From positions 6,899 through 70,898 of the forward strand of contig DATMEZ010000202.1 in assembly GCA_035556415.1 (NCBI GenBank): DNA of 64,000 bases, written 5' to 3'. The stretch comes from Povalibacter sp. (GTDB taxonomy: Bacteria > Pseudomonadota > Gammaproteobacteria > Steroidobacterales > Steroidobacteraceae). Each line of letters opens with the position of its first letter. The stretch's first letter is position 1. Shown piece after piece: positions 18,794-28,884 of the stretch. The notes under the pieces are model-generated. The model was not told the origin of the DNA, did no database searches, and was given only the letters and a program-made list of their open reading frames with translations. The translations under genes and the position numbers were made by a program.

Positions 18794-20796
18794 AGGTTTT
18801 TTATTACCACGCGCCCGGCGGCAATGTCGGCGACGATCTCAACGGCGTGCTGTGGCAGCGCCTGCTGCCGGACCTGGAGCAGCTGACCGCAGCGCAATGG
18901 CTGGTAGGTGCGGGCACCACGCTCGACGGCCGGCTCAATGCGCTGGAAGGACGCAAGATCATCATGGGCACCGGCCTGCGGCCGAATCCCGAAAGCTGGC
19001 CTGAAGGCTCGGTATTGCGCGGTGATGTGAGATTCGGTGCGGTACGCGGCCGGTTGACGGCGCAGATGCTCGGCCTGGAGCCGGAGCTGGCGCTGTGCGA
19101 CCCGGGATTTCTGGTGGAGCGCGTGTGGCCGGTGGACAAGAGCGGCGCGAGCCGGGTCGGGCTGGTCCCGCATGTGTATTCCGAGCGCTGGTCGCACATT
19201 GCCGAGGCCGCGGCGGATGCAGGGTTGGAAGTCATCAGTCCGCGTCTGCCGGTGGAGGAATTTCTGCGCCGGCTCGGCACCTGCACGCGGGTGTATTGCG
19301 AGTCATTGCATGCCGCGATCTTTGCCGACGCGCTGCGCATCCCGTGGGCGCGCACGCGGATCTGCTCGCATTACTACGAAGGCAAGGGCGTCTCCGAGTT
19401 CAAGTGGCAGGACACGTTCTCGGTGCTCGGTGTGCCGATCGAGTCGGCGACGCGCGCGACCTTGATCCCCGTGCGGCGCCGCGGCTTCCGATTCATACAA
19501 GTATTCGCAGAGCAACGTGTGGTGCGCGAGCTCCTGCGTCGCAGCGATGATGCGTCGTCGTTCAGGCTGTCCTCGCACGACCGTCTCCAGGAGCAGACAG
19601 AAGCGCTGCTGGACAAGGTGCGGCAGCTGCGATCGCCCGAGAAGGTGGAACGCTGGCGCAGTGCGCCGCGTTCTGCGTTGAGGTTGGATGAAGGACAACG
19701 CCACGTGCGTGTGCTGGCATTTCCCAAAGACAATGGCACGGCTTTTCTGCGCAAGTACTCGGCGATGCTGCAGGCCGAGGGCGCGGAACTCGATGAGTTC
19801 AGCTACCGGCGCGGCTTGCTGCAGCGCTATGACGTCTTTCACATCCACTGGCCGGACTCGCACTTGCTGACGAGTTCCTGGTGGCGCGCGCTCGGCAAGC
19901 ATGCGCGACTGGCGTTGCTGATGTTGTGGTTGCGCGCACGCGGCACCTGCATCGTCTGGACCATGCACAACCTGAAGCCGCACGAGAAAAATCACTGGTT
20001 GTCCTCGTGGCTGTTCCCATTGTGGTTCCCGCGCCTGTGCACGCACGTGATCGCACTCACGGCGAACGGGTTGAGCAGTGCCACGAGCATGTATCCGCCG
20101 CTGCGGCACAAGCAGTCTGCCGTCATTCCGCACGGCCACTATCGTGACGAATATCCACCTGCGCCCTCGCGCGAGGCCAGCCGCGAGCAGCTCGGTCTGC
20201 CGCGCGACCGCTTCACCATTCTGTTCTTCGGCAACGTGCGCAAGTACAAGAACGTGCCGCAGCTCATCCAGGCGTTCCGGGGCATGGCCGGCGAAGACGT
20301 GCAACTGGTCATCGCGGGCGAACCCGGACCGGGCGTGTCGGCGGACGAGATCGTCCGACTGGCGCAGGGCGATGCCCGCATTCATCTGCAGCTGCGGTTC
20401 ATCCCGGAATCGCAGGTGCCGACGTTTCTCGGCGCAGCCGATCTGGTCGCGCTGCCTTTCGACAGCATCCTGAACTCCGGCAGCGTGTTGCTGGCGCTGT
20501 CGTTCGATCGCACGGTGATCGCGCCGCGACTCGGCTCGCTGCCGGAGATTCACAGCCAGGTCGGCTCGCGCTGGTTGCGCTTGTACGATGGTCCGCTCAC
20601 CACCGGATTGCTCGAGCAGGCGCGTGCCGTGCAGAGCACGGCTGCATCTTTACGGCGGCCCGATCTGTCGGCGTTCGAGTGGACCACCATCGCCGCGCGC
20701 ACGCTCGACCTGTATCGGCTTGAATCCCGGCCACATCCCGGCCGGACCAGAGGAAGACAGTATGAGTCGTCACTCCAGACCCGACGGCAGGAATGA
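18790..20796 (+). CDS. Fusion of ExoV-like polysaccharide pyruvyltransferase (N) and GumI-like GT-B mannosyltransferase (C)
   Basis: N half: GNVGDDLN, VGAGT, VRGRLTA, DPG, PH, ESLHAAIFADA, FKWQD. C half: YDVFHIHWP, HNLKPHE, HGHY, FGNVRKYK, NSGSVLLALS, W.RLYDG, PDLS. No stop codon between them. Confidence 0.85.
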   Translation: MKVFYYHAPGGNVGDDLNGVLWQRLLPDLEQLTAAQWLVGAGTTLDGRLNALEGRKIIMGTGLRPNPESWPEGSVLRGDVRFGAVRGRLTAQMLGLEPELALCDPGFLVERVWPVDKSGASRVGLVPHVYSERWSHIAEAAADAGLEVISPRLPVEEFLRRLGTCTRVYCESLHAAIFADALRIPWARTRICSHYYEGKGVSEFKWQDTFSVLGVPIESATRATLIPVRRRGFRFIQVFAEQRVVRELLRRSDDASSFRLSSHDRLQEQTEALLDKVRQLRSPEKVERWRSAPRSALRLDEGQRHVRVLAFPKDNGTAFLRKYSAMLQAEGAELDEFSYRRGLLQRYDVFHIHWPDSHLLTSSWWRALGKHARLALLMLWLRARGTCIVWTMHNLKPHEKNHWLSSWLFPLWFPRLCTHVIALTANGLSSATSMYPPLRHKQSAVIPHGHYRDEYPPAPSREASREQLGLPRDRFTILFFGNVRKYKNVPQLIQAFRGMAGEDVQLVIAGEPGPGVSADEIVRLAQGDARIHLQLRFIPESQVPTFLGAADLVALPFDSILNSGSVLLALSFDRTVIAPRLGSLPEIHSQVGSRWLRLYDGPLTTGLLEQARAVQSTAASLRRPDLSAFEWTTIAARTLDLYRLESRPHPGRTRGRQYESSLQTRRQE

Positions 20797-22054
20797 CCTG
20801 CGACGCTGGGCCGGCGCCAGCACGCTGCTGCCGGTCGTGTTCGCTGCCCACCTGGCGAATGCAGCCGATGCCCAGCTGACTGCCGCGGAGGCCCGGGACC
20901 GCGCGGCGGAAGCCCAGGATCCGTTCAAGTTCACGCTCGCCGATCGCTATCTCTACGACGACAACCTGTTCCGGATTCCGGACGGGCTGCTGGCGAGCGA
21001 TCCGTCGATCGCGCGACCGAAAAGCCTGAACGATCACGTCAATCGTGCTTCCGCCGGCATGCGCATTCGCCTGGACGCTTCGCGCCAGGTGTTCTTCGCC
21101 GATCTGCGGCTCGACGACGTGCGCTACCAGCGCAACGACGATCTGGACCACACCGGCGCCAGTGCCGACGTGAGATGGGACTGGCAGCTGGGTTCGCGCC
21201 TGTCCGGCAAGCTCACCGCGCAGTACGACCGTGCGCAGGCCAGCCTGGCGAACTACCGCTTCTTCAGCAAGGACATCGTCGATGCGCAGTTGTACGGCGC
21301 GGAGTTGCGCTATGCCATCGGAGCGCGCTGGCGCCTCTTGGCGGCGGGGGCCCTCATGGATACCGATCACAGTGCCGAGCTGCGGCGGGTCGAGAATTTC
21401 AAGAGCACCAGCGGCCGCGGCGGCGTGGAGTACGTGACGCCGGCGGGCAACCTGATCGCCTTGGAGTATCGCTCCACCGACGCGAAATTCCCGATTGCCG
21501 AGGATCTCGCCGGTGCGGCGCGCGGATACAACGAGCGCGTGCCCGGAGTCCGCGTCGAATATGATTTCACCGAGAAGACCCGACTGAAGGTGCGCGCCGG
21601 CTATCTCAAGCGCGAGTACGACAATCCGGCGCTGGCCGATTATTCCGGCACCATCGCCGACGCAACGGTGCGCTGGGAGCCGCGCAGCAAGATCTATTTC
21701 GACCTCAAGGCCTGGCACGAGCTGAAGGCCTACGTGGATGCCGAGTCGGATTACTTCGTTGCCGATGGCGTCAGCATCGCCCCGACCTGGGAGCCCACCG
21801 AGAAGATCCAGATCGCGGCGCAGTATTCGTACGAGAGCCAGGACTATCAGGGCGACAGCCTGGTGCTGCTGCCGACGCCGCTGGAGCGAGGCCGCAACGA
21901 TGACGTGCAGACGCTGCAGCTGGGCATCGATTACACGCCGCGCGACCTGGTGACCATCGGCATCGCCTATCGCTGGACCGACCGCTCCTCGAACCGCGAC
22001 TTCCGCGGCTACGACGACAACATGATCAGTGCGCAGCTGAAGCTGAATCTGTGA
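20762..22054 (+). CDS. Outer-membrane beta-barrel for EPS export (EpsL / BBP2-type)
   Basis: Signal peptide, YDDNLFR start motif, alternating amphipathic strands, last gene of the operon. Confidence 0.82.
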   Translation: MSRHSRPDGRNDLRRWAGASTLLPVVFAAHLANAADAQLTAAEARDRAAEAQDPFKFTLADRYLYDDNLFRIPDGLLASDPSIARPKSLNDHVNRASAGMRIRLDASRQVFFADLRLDDVRYQRNDDLDHTGASADVRWDWQLGSRLSGKLTAQYDRAQASLANYRFFSKDIVDAQLYGAELRYAIGARWRLLAAGALMDTDHSAELRRVENFKSTSGRGGVEYVTPAGNLIALEYRSTDAKFPIAEDLAGAARGYNERVPGVRVEYDFTEKTRLKVRAGYLKREYDNPALADYSGTIADATVRWEPRSKIYFDLKAWHELKAYVDAESDYFVADGVSIAPTWEPTEKIQIAAQYSYESQDYQGDSLVLLPTPLERGRNDDVQTLQLGIDYTPRDLVTIGIAYRWTDRSSNRDFRGYDDNMISAQLKLNL

Positions 22055-24209
22055 GGGCTTCCGCACCGTGCAGCTGCGCCAGCTGATTCAGCAGGCGCGG
22101 GTCGGCGGCGACTTCCATTCTTTCCGGCACGCTCAACCAGCCGAGCGCCTCGCGCAGCGAATGCGCCTGGGCGAGTTTGTGGCCGGCGGTGAGGCGATGC
22201 GGGCTCGGATATCCGCGCGGTTCGGCGGGGCGCGGCAGATTGCAGGCAATCTGGATGAAGCGTGCGTTCGCGTGCGAGGCGAGATATTGCAGGCCGTCTG
22301 TCGGCAGCGGTGCGGCATCGTGAATCAGCGCGTCACGGCGAAGCAGCAGGTCCGGCGGCGAGCGCTCTTCCGGAATTCGTAGCAGACCCAGGCGCGCGAG
22401 TATCTGCCCGGTGCGCACGCTGCCGCTCATCTTCGATAGCGGAATCGCCAGCCCCAGTCCGCCGACGGTCGGCGACAGCCAGGCGAGCAGGGTGGGCGAC
22501 AGCAGGAACGCCAGCACGCCGGTGACGATACCGATCAGCGAGTGCTTCCAGTGAAAATGCGTGGCTTCGCGCCAGCTGATGACCTCGGCCTGTCGTCGCT
22601 GCGCGTTCCATTCCGAATCGCTGCCGGTCAGGATGCTGAAGACGTGCTGGGTCTGCACCAGCATCATCACCGGCGCGTACAGCGCCGACAGCGCCAGCTC
22701 CAGCACTGCGCTCACCGGCAGGCCGAGGATGCCGCCGCAGCCGCGGCGCACCTGGTTGCGGAACATTGCCATCGCAAAGCCGATGATCTTGGGCGTGAGC
22801 AGCACCAGCATGCTGAACAGGAACAGCAGCAGCATGCGATGCGCATCGAACACCGGCCAGTCGGGGAACAACTGGAAGGTCTTGCTGAAATACTCCGGTC
22901 GGATGAACGCGGCCTGCAGCGTGAGCGCGAAGCCGATCAGGATCAGCAGCAGCCACAGCGGCGAGGACAGGTAGCTCATGATGCCCACGCCCAGGTGCAG
23001 CCGGCTGGTCCATGACAGGCCGCCCGCGGTCAGCAGCTTCATGTGCTGCAGGTTGCCCTGCGCCCAGCGCCGGTCGCGAATGGCGACGTCGGTCAGCGAG
23101 GGCGGGCCTTCCTCCCAGGAGCCGGGCAGGTCTGCTGCCAGCTGCACTTTCCAGCCGGCGCGCCGGATGAACGCGGCCTCGATGAAATCGTGCGACAGAA
23201 CGTGGCCGCCGAAAGGTTTGCGGCCCGACAGTTGCGGCAGGCCGCAGGTCTGCGCGAAGGCACGCACGCGGATGATGGCGTTGTGTCCCCAGTAGTTGCC
23301 GTCATCGCCGGACCATGCGGCCAGGCCGCGCGCGATCGAAGCGCCGTAGACACGGCTTGCGAACTGCTGCATGCGGGCGAACAGGCTGGCCTGCCCGATC
23401 AGTGTCGGCACCGTTTGCAGGATGCCGAGTTGCGGATCCGCCTGCATGCGCTCGACCAGCGCCAGCAGCGTGGTCGGGCTCATCAGGCTGTCGGCGTCCA
23501 GCACGATCATGTAGTCGTAGTGGCCGCCCCAGCGCTTGACGAAGTCCTCGACGTTGCCGACCTTGCGCCCGACGTTGTGCCAGCGGCGCCGGTAGCGCAC
23601 CGGCATGATCGCCGACAGCGCGCGCCGCAGCCGATCCACCGCGAGCGACTCGGCGATCCACACGTCGACGTTGGTCGTGTCCGAGATGATGACGATCTCG
23701 AAATGCCGGTTGGCATCGATGCCGGCGAGCGCTTCGGCCATGGCCTGCAGCGCGGCGGTGGTGCGGATCGGGTCCTCGTTGTACACCGGCATGAGCAGTG
23801 CCGTCCGCGAGCCGTCCGCAGCCGCCGTGCGATATCGCGGACGCGGCGTCAGCAGACCGCAGACGGCCGAGCCGGCGGCGAACGCAATCCACAGCAGCGT
23901 CACGGCGAAGAAGAAGATCATGACGCCCTGGAGCACCGTCATGTTGCCGAAGCTGACGATGGCGAGCATTTCGACCACGCCATAGGTGCCGATGCCGAGC
24001 GTGGTGCCGGCGGCAAGGGTGCGGGCGATCCAGGTGGAGAAGCGCTGGTATTCGTGATGCGTGCGCGTCGGCGCACGTCGCGGATCCTGCACCGGCATGT
24101 CCAGCGGCGCCTCCGGCAGCATGGCGCCGTGCGGCCACTCCCGTCGTTCCCGGTCGCCGGCCGTTGGCGGGGGAGCAGGGGGCATCCGCGTTTCTAGCTG
24201 GCCGTCCAT
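22026..24209 (-). CDS. opgH: Glucans biosynthesis glucosyltransferase OpgH/MdoH
   Basis: MPVYNEDP, RKVGN, VLDADSLM, NYWGHNAIIR, LSHDFIEA, RDRRWAQGNLQH; start MDGQ overlaps the end of opgG. Confidence 0.93.
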   Translation of the reverse strand: MDGQLETRMPPAPPPTAGDRERREWPHGAMLPEAPLDMPVQDPRRAPTRTHHEYQRFSTWIARTLAAGTTLGIGTYGVVEMLAIVSFGNMTVLQGVMIFFFAVTLLWIAFAAGSAVCGLLTPRPRYRTAAADGSRTALLMPVYNEDPIRTTAALQAMAEALAGIDANRHFEIVIISDTTNVDVWIAESLAVDRLRRALSAIMPVRYRRRWHNVGRKVGNVEDFVKRWGGHYDYMIVLDADSLMSPTTLLALVERMQADPQLGILQTVPTLIGQASLFARMQQFASRVYGASIARGLAAWSGDDGNYWGHNAIIRVRAFAQTCGLPQLSGRKPFGGHVLSHDFIEAAFIRRAGWKVQLAADLPGSWEEGPPSLTDVAIRDRRWAQGNLQHMKLLTAGGLSWTSRLHLGVGIMSYLSSPLWLLLILIGFALTLQAAFIRPEYFSKTFQLFPDWPVFDAHRMLLLFLFSMLVLLTPKIIGFAMAMFRNQVRRGCGGILGLPVSAVLELALSALYAPVMMLVQTQHVFSILTGSDSEWNAQRRQAEVISWREATHFHWKHSLIGIVTGVLAFLLSPTLLAWLSPTVGGLGLAIPLSKMSGSVRTGQILARLGLLRIPEERSPPDLLLRRDALIHDAAPLPTDGLQYLASHANARFIQIACNLPRPAEPRGYPSPHRLTAGHKLAQAHSLREALGWLSVPERMEVAADPRLLNQLAQLHGAEALTDSASAAH

Positions 24210-25813
24210 CGATAGAGCCAGGTTTCGGTCACTGGGCGGTCGCCGCGCAGCAGGCGCAGACGCAGCTCTGCCAGGCTGGCGTCGCCGGGTGCCAGCTCGA
24301 AGCTGGCGCGCACCCCACGCGTCGTGGCGTTGGCCTGCAGGTTCATGTTGCTCACCTTGCCGGCGGAAGTGCCCAGATCGATCTGCAGTCCTTCGATGCT
24401 GCGTCCGGCGCCTTCGAAGTCGATGGTGAACAAGCGCCGCTTGCCATCGAAGCTCGGCCCGGTGCGCGTCATGGTCACTCGCCCCAGCGCCGGCAGCACT
24501 CGCGGCACCGTGGTCCAGTGCATGCGATAGGAAGTGTGCCAGGGCTTGCCGGCGGGAATGACGTCCTTCGGTTGCCAGAACGCGATGATGTTGTCGTTGG
24601 TTTCGCGGTCGCTGGGAATCTCGATCAGCTGCACCGCACCGGCGCCCCAGTCGCCGGTGGGCTCGATCCACGCGCTCGGCCGCTTCTCGTACATTGCCTC
24701 CAGGTCCTGATAGTCGGAGGCCCGGCGCGAGCGCTGCACCAATCCGAAGGCGCGCGGCGCCATCGACGTGAAGCTGGAAGACTGCAGCTGCGTCGGATTG
24801 GCCAGCGGCCGCCAGATCTGCTCGCCCGAATCCAGCACGATCTGCAGACCGTCGGAGTCATGCACTTCGTCGCGGAAGTCGTCGATGCGCGCCCGGTTGG
24901 ATTCGTCGAAGAAGAACATGGAGGTGAGCGGTGCGATGCCGACGTTTTCCAGCGCCACGCGCGGAAACAGCGTCACGTCCACGTCCATGATGGTTTCGGT
25001 GCCCGGGATTACGGCGAAACGATACGCGCCCGTGGTCGATGCGCTCTCCAGCAGCGCATGGATCACCACGCCGGCGGCGTTGGTGTCCGGACGCTCGATC
25101 CAGAAATGCGTGAACTCGGGGAATTCCTCGCCGGTGGGATGCGCCGTCTTCAGCGCCAGGCCGCGCGCCGACAGGCCGTACATGGTGCCCCGGCTGACGG
25201 CTCGAAAGTAGGACGCGCCCTGAAACACCAGAAACTCGTCCCAGACCGAGCGAGTGTTGATATGCGAGCGCAAACGGAAGCCGGACAGGGGCAGTGACAG
25301 GTTCTGCAGCTGCTTGGCCACCAGCGGGCCGAGCACGAAGCTGTCCGGGGTGGCTTTCAGATCCTGCGCCACGCCGCTTTCGACGATGGAAACGGTCACC
25401 GGCGTCTGGAACAGGAACCCGGCCGGCAGCAGCTCGACGTGCACCGGCACCTGATCGTTGTGCCAGATGGCGCTCTCAGGATTCACACGGATATCGCGGT
25501 ACTGGTCATATGTAATCTGGCGCAGCGGCGAACCGCTGTCGAGCCTGGCCGGTTGCCGCGGCTGCGTCGCCAGCCGGCGAGCCATCTCGGACACGGTGTC
25601 CTTGGTGAACTTGTAACGATCCGGGGAGTGGGCGGCGGGTTCCTGTCGCGTAGCGGCGACAACCGTGACACTGACGATGACCATCATCAGCAACAGTCCG
25701 CCGACATGCCAGCGCGCTGCGGCGCCGGCGGCCTGATCGCCGGCCCGCCGGCCCCAAAACGATCTCGTGCCACCTCGCTCTATTGCGCCACACGCTGCTG
25801 CCGGTGAGTCCAT
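24194..25813 (-). CDS. opgG: Glucan biosynthesis protein OpgG/OpgD (MdoG); start uncertain
   Basis: YDQYRDIR, FQGASYFRA, YGLSARGLA, EEFPEF, APLTSMF, EVHDSDGL, WRPLANP, ETNDNI, TETWLYRW. Confidence 0.92.
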   Translation of the reverse strand: MDSPAAACGAIERGGTRSFWGRRAGDQAAGAAARWHVGGLLLMMVIVSVTVVAATRQEPAAHSPDRYKFTKDTVSEMARRLATQPRQPARLDSGSPLRQITYDQYRDIRVNPESAIWHNDQVPVHVELLPAGFLFQTPVTVSIVESGVAQDLKATPDSFVLGPLVAKQLQNLSLPLSGFRLRSHINTRSVWDEFLVFQGASYFRAVSRGTMYGLSARGLALKTAHPTGEEFPEFTHFWIERPDTNAAGVVIHALLESASTTGAYRFAVIPGTETIMDVDVTLFPRVALENVGIAPLTSMFFFDESNRARIDDFRDEVHDSDGLQIVLDSGEQIWRPLANPTQLQSSSFTSMAPRAFGLVQRSRRASDYQDLEAMYEKRPSAWIEPTGDWGAGAVQLIEIPSDRETNDNIIAFWQPKDVIPAGKPWHTSYRMHWTTVPRVLPALGRVTMTRTGPSFDGKRRLFTIDFEGAGRSIEGLQIDLGTSAGKVSNMNLQANATTRGVRASFELAPGDASLAELRLRLLRGDRPVTETWLYRWTAS

Positions 25814-25928
25814 CTGGACATACGTCTGGGCTTCGGTTGCGGTTCCGCCACTATCATTGTTCACGTATTCTGTGCCGCCCCGCCGGCAACCGATGGCCGA
25901 CGGCTCGTTTTTTTTCGGAGGATTCTGC

Positions 25929-26675
25929 ATGCGAAAGCTTTCACTCATCCTGGGCGCCGCGCTGGCGGGCTGGCTGGCGATGGCCAGCGCCCAAGCGCAG
26001 GGCTGGACCGGCAAAGGTGAAGCCGGCCTGGTCGTCTCCAGCGGCAATACCGAGACCGAGACCGCCAACGCCAAGTTGGCTCTGGCCCGCGAGGACGGCA
26101 ACTGGAAGAATCAGTTCGGACTGTCGGGACTGTACGCCTCGGATTCCGAAGGCACCACTGCGCAGCGCTGGGAAGCGCTCACGCAGTCGGATTATAACTT
26201 CAGTCCCAAGACTTTCTGGTTCGGCGCGGCGCGCTACGAGGATGACGAGTTCAGCGGCTTCGAATACCAGGCCACCGTCTCGACCGGTCTGGGCCGCAAG
26301 TTCATCGATAGCGACGCCACCAAGTTCGTCGGCACCGCCGGCGTGGGTTACAAGTTCTTCGAAACGCGCGACGCCTTCGACGACGTGACCGGCGTGCTGA
26401 TCGAGCGCGGCGATACCGACAGCGAAGCCGTGTTCCGCGGCACGCTCGACTTCGACCACAAGTTCACCGAGACCACCTCGCTGATCGACAAATTCATCGT
26501 CGAAGCCGGCGCCGACAATACCTTCTTCCAGAACGATCTGGCGCTGCAGGTGAAGATGAACTCGGTGCTGGCGCTGGCGGTGGGCTACTCGGTGCGGCAC
26601 AACACCGATCCGCCGGTCGGCTTCGAGAAGACCGATACGTTGACCACGGTGAACCTGGTCTACGAGATCAAGTAA
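25929..26675 (+). CDS. DUF481/YdiY family outer-membrane beta-barrel
   Basis: Signal peptide, WTGKGEAG..SGNTET, DEFSGFEYQ, KTDTLTTVNLVY. Confidence 0.85.
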   Translation: MRKLSLILGAALAGWLAMASAQAQGWTGKGEAGLVVSSGNTETETANAKLALAREDGNWKNQFGLSGLYASDSEGTTAQRWEALTQSDYNFSPKTFWFGAARYEDDEFSGFEYQATVSTGLGRKFIDSDATKFVGTAGVGYKFFETRDAFDDVTGVLIERGDTDSEAVFRGTLDFDHKFTETTSLIDKFIVEAGADNTFFQNDLALQVKMNSVLALAVGYSVRHNTDPPVGFEKTDTLTTVNLVYEIK

Positions 26676-26740
26676 CGCGATGGCGTAAACGACAGTCCGG
26701 CGGCGCGCTTCGAGCGCGCCGCCGTTGCAACAGGTGCAGC

Positions 26741-28111
26741 TTGAAGGACCTCACGCAGGGACCGGTGGTTCGCCACATCCTCACCATGGCCGCGCCGATT
26801 GCATTCGGCATGATCTTCCAGACGCTCTACTACCTGGTGGATCTGTACTTCGTCTCGCACCTGGGCGACACGGCCATCGCTGGCGTGAGCGCGGCCGGCA
26901 ATCTCATGTTCATCGTGCTGGGACTCACGCAGGTGCTGGGCGTGGGCACGGTGGCGCTGATCTCGCAGGCCGTGGGGCGCAAGGACAAGCCCGAGGCGAA
27001 CCTGATCTTCAACCAGTCGCTGGTGCTGTCGGCGCTGTGCGGGGCGATCACGCTGGTGGGCGGCATCGCGCTCACTCCCGTCTACATGAAGTCGGTGGCG
27101 GCCGATGCGGCGACGCTGGCGGCAGGTTCCACTTACCTCTACTGGTTTCTCCCCGGCATGGCGTTGCAGTTCGCGCTGGTGGCGATGGGCTCGGCGTTGC
27201 GCGGCACCGGGATCGTGAAGCCGACCATGGTGGCGCAGATCGCCACGGTGCTGCTGAACGTGATCCTGGCGCCGATCCTGATCGCGGGCTGGGGCACGAA
27301 CTATCCGATGGGTGTGGCCGGCGCGGGACTGGCGAGCTCGCTGGCCATCGGCGCCGCAGTGGCGATGCTCAGCATCTATTTCCATCGCCTGGAGAAGTAC
27401 GTCGCGTTCCACCCCGAACAGTGGCGGCCGCGTTTGCAGTCATGGCGGCGCATGCTGGCCATCGGGTTGCCGGCGGGCGGCGAGTTCCTGCTCATGTTCG
27501 TCTACATGGGCGTGATCTACTGGTGCATCCGCGGTTTCGGCTCGGAGGCGCAGGCAGGTTTCGGTATCGGCTCGCGCGTCATGCAGTCGATTTTTCTGCC
27601 AGCCATGGCGGTGGCGTTCGCGGTCGGGCCGATCGTCGGTCAGAACTTCGGCGCCCAGTTGCCGCAGCGCGTGCGCGAGACTTTCCGCAAGGCGCTGCTC
27701 ATCAGCGCAGTTCTCATGGGCACGCTGAGCGTGCTGATTCATTTCGGCCCGGAGCTGCTGGTGCGCGGTTTCTCCGATGACGCCGCGGTTCGCGCCATCG
27801 CGGCGACCTTCCTGAGCATCATCTCCTGGAATTTCGTCGCGCAGGGCATCGTGTTCACCTGCTCGAATCTATTTCAAGGCCTGGGCGATACACGGCCGGC
27901 GATGCTCAGCACGGCGGTGCGCCTGATCGCGTTCTCGTTGCCTGCGGTGTGGCTGTCCACGCGCCCGCAGTTTCGGATCGAGCACTTGTGGTATCTGTCG
28001 GTGGGCGTGTCCACGCTGCAGGCCGTGGTCAGCTGGCTGCTGGTGCGGGTGCAGTTTCGCCGTCGCTTGAACAGTCTCGCGGTCGTTCCCGCGGCGGCGA
28101 CTGCGGCGTGA
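26741..28111 (+). CDS. MATE family efflux transporter
   Basis: DLTQGPV, YYLVDLYFV, LRGTG, GVAGAGLA, GQNFGA; 12 TMs. Confidence 0.93.
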   Translation: MKDLTQGPVVRHILTMAAPIAFGMIFQTLYYLVDLYFVSHLGDTAIAGVSAAGNLMFIVLGLTQVLGVGTVALISQAVGRKDKPEANLIFNQSLVLSALCGAITLVGGIALTPVYMKSVAADAATLAAGSTYLYWFLPGMALQFALVAMGSALRGTGIVKPTMVAQIATVLLNVILAPILIAGWGTNYPMGVAGAGLASSLAIGAAVAMLSIYFHRLEKYVAFHPEQWRPRLQSWRRMLAIGLPAGGEFLLMFVYMGVIYWCIRGFGSEAQAGFGIGSRVMQSIFLPAMAVAFAVGPIVGQNFGAQLPQRVRETFRKALLISAVLMGTLSVLIHFGPELLVRGFSDDAAVRAIAATFLSIISWNFVAQGIVFTCSNLFQGLGDTRPAMLSTAVRLIAFSLPAVWLSTRPQFRIEHLWYLSVGVSTLQAVVSWLLVRVQFRRRLNSLAVVPAAATAA

Positions 28112-28195
28112 GCCGCGCGGAAATGATGAGAAGCGGAGTGTCGGCAACGAGCGGGACCCGGAGTGGACCCCGCTCGCGGCGCACGACTGGGATGC

Positions 28196-28858
28196 TTACT
28201 TCGACGCTTTCGCGCTGCGTGCCGGCTCGACCACGTCGTCCAGCACCTGCTCGGCGTTGGCCAGCATGGCCTGGAAGGTGTTGCCCAGCGGCACGTACTT
28301 GCCATCGATCACCAGCTTGGGCACGCCATCGACCTTGTAGCTGCGCGACATCTGCTCGGCATGCTTGGCCTTGGTGGTGACGCTGAACGAGTTGTAGGCC
28401 GCCGTGAACTTGGCGCGATCCACGCCGTTGTCGGCTGCCCACTGGGCGAGATTCTCTTCGTTGAAGAGCGGCTTTCTTTCCTTGTGAATGGCGTCGAACA
28501 GCGCGTTGTCGAGCCGTTCCAGGTCACCCGTCGCCTGCAGCGTGTAGTAGGTGCGCGCCAGGGCGCCCCACTCGGCGCGGCCGAAGGCTACCGGCACGCG
28601 AATGAAGACCACGTTCTTCGGCAGTTTCGCGGCCCAGTTCGACACCAGCGGATTGAAGTCGAAGCAGTGCGGGCAGCCGTAGGAGAAGAACTCGATCACC
28701 TCGATCTTGCCGGTGGTTTCCGGCGTCTGCGGCGTTTCCAGCCGCGTGTAGTCGCGGCCTTCCACGGGTTGCGCGGATGCAGGCAGGGAGAAGGCCAGCG
28801 CCGACAACGCAGCCGCGGCCAGCCAGCCGAAAGTCTTCGAGCGCGAGACGGATTTCAC
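28196..28858 (-). CDS. dsbA: Thiol:disulfide interchange protein DsbA
   Basis: EVIEFFSYGCPHC, cis-Pro GVP, signal peptide. Confidence 0.92.
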   Translation of the reverse strand: MKSVSRSKTFGWLAAAALSALAFSLPASAQPVEGRDYTRLETPQTPETTGKIEVIEFFSYGCPHCFDFNPLVSNWAAKLPKNVVFIRVPVAFGRAEWGALARTYYTLQATGDLERLDNALFDAIHKERKPLFNEENLAQWAADNGVDRAKFTAAYNSFSVTTKAKHAEQMSRSYKVDGVPKLVIDGKYVPLGNTFQAMLANAEQVLDDVVEPARSAKASK

Positions 28859-28884
28859 GGTGGGCTCCTGAATGAAATGTGCTT

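Noticed and set aside
24210-24671. Long N-terminal extensions of opgH, and likewise opgG to 26101, fadL from 770 and dsbA to 29050
   Set aside because: They overlap neighbouring genes or spacers and read as off-frame sequence; family-typical starts lie downstream.
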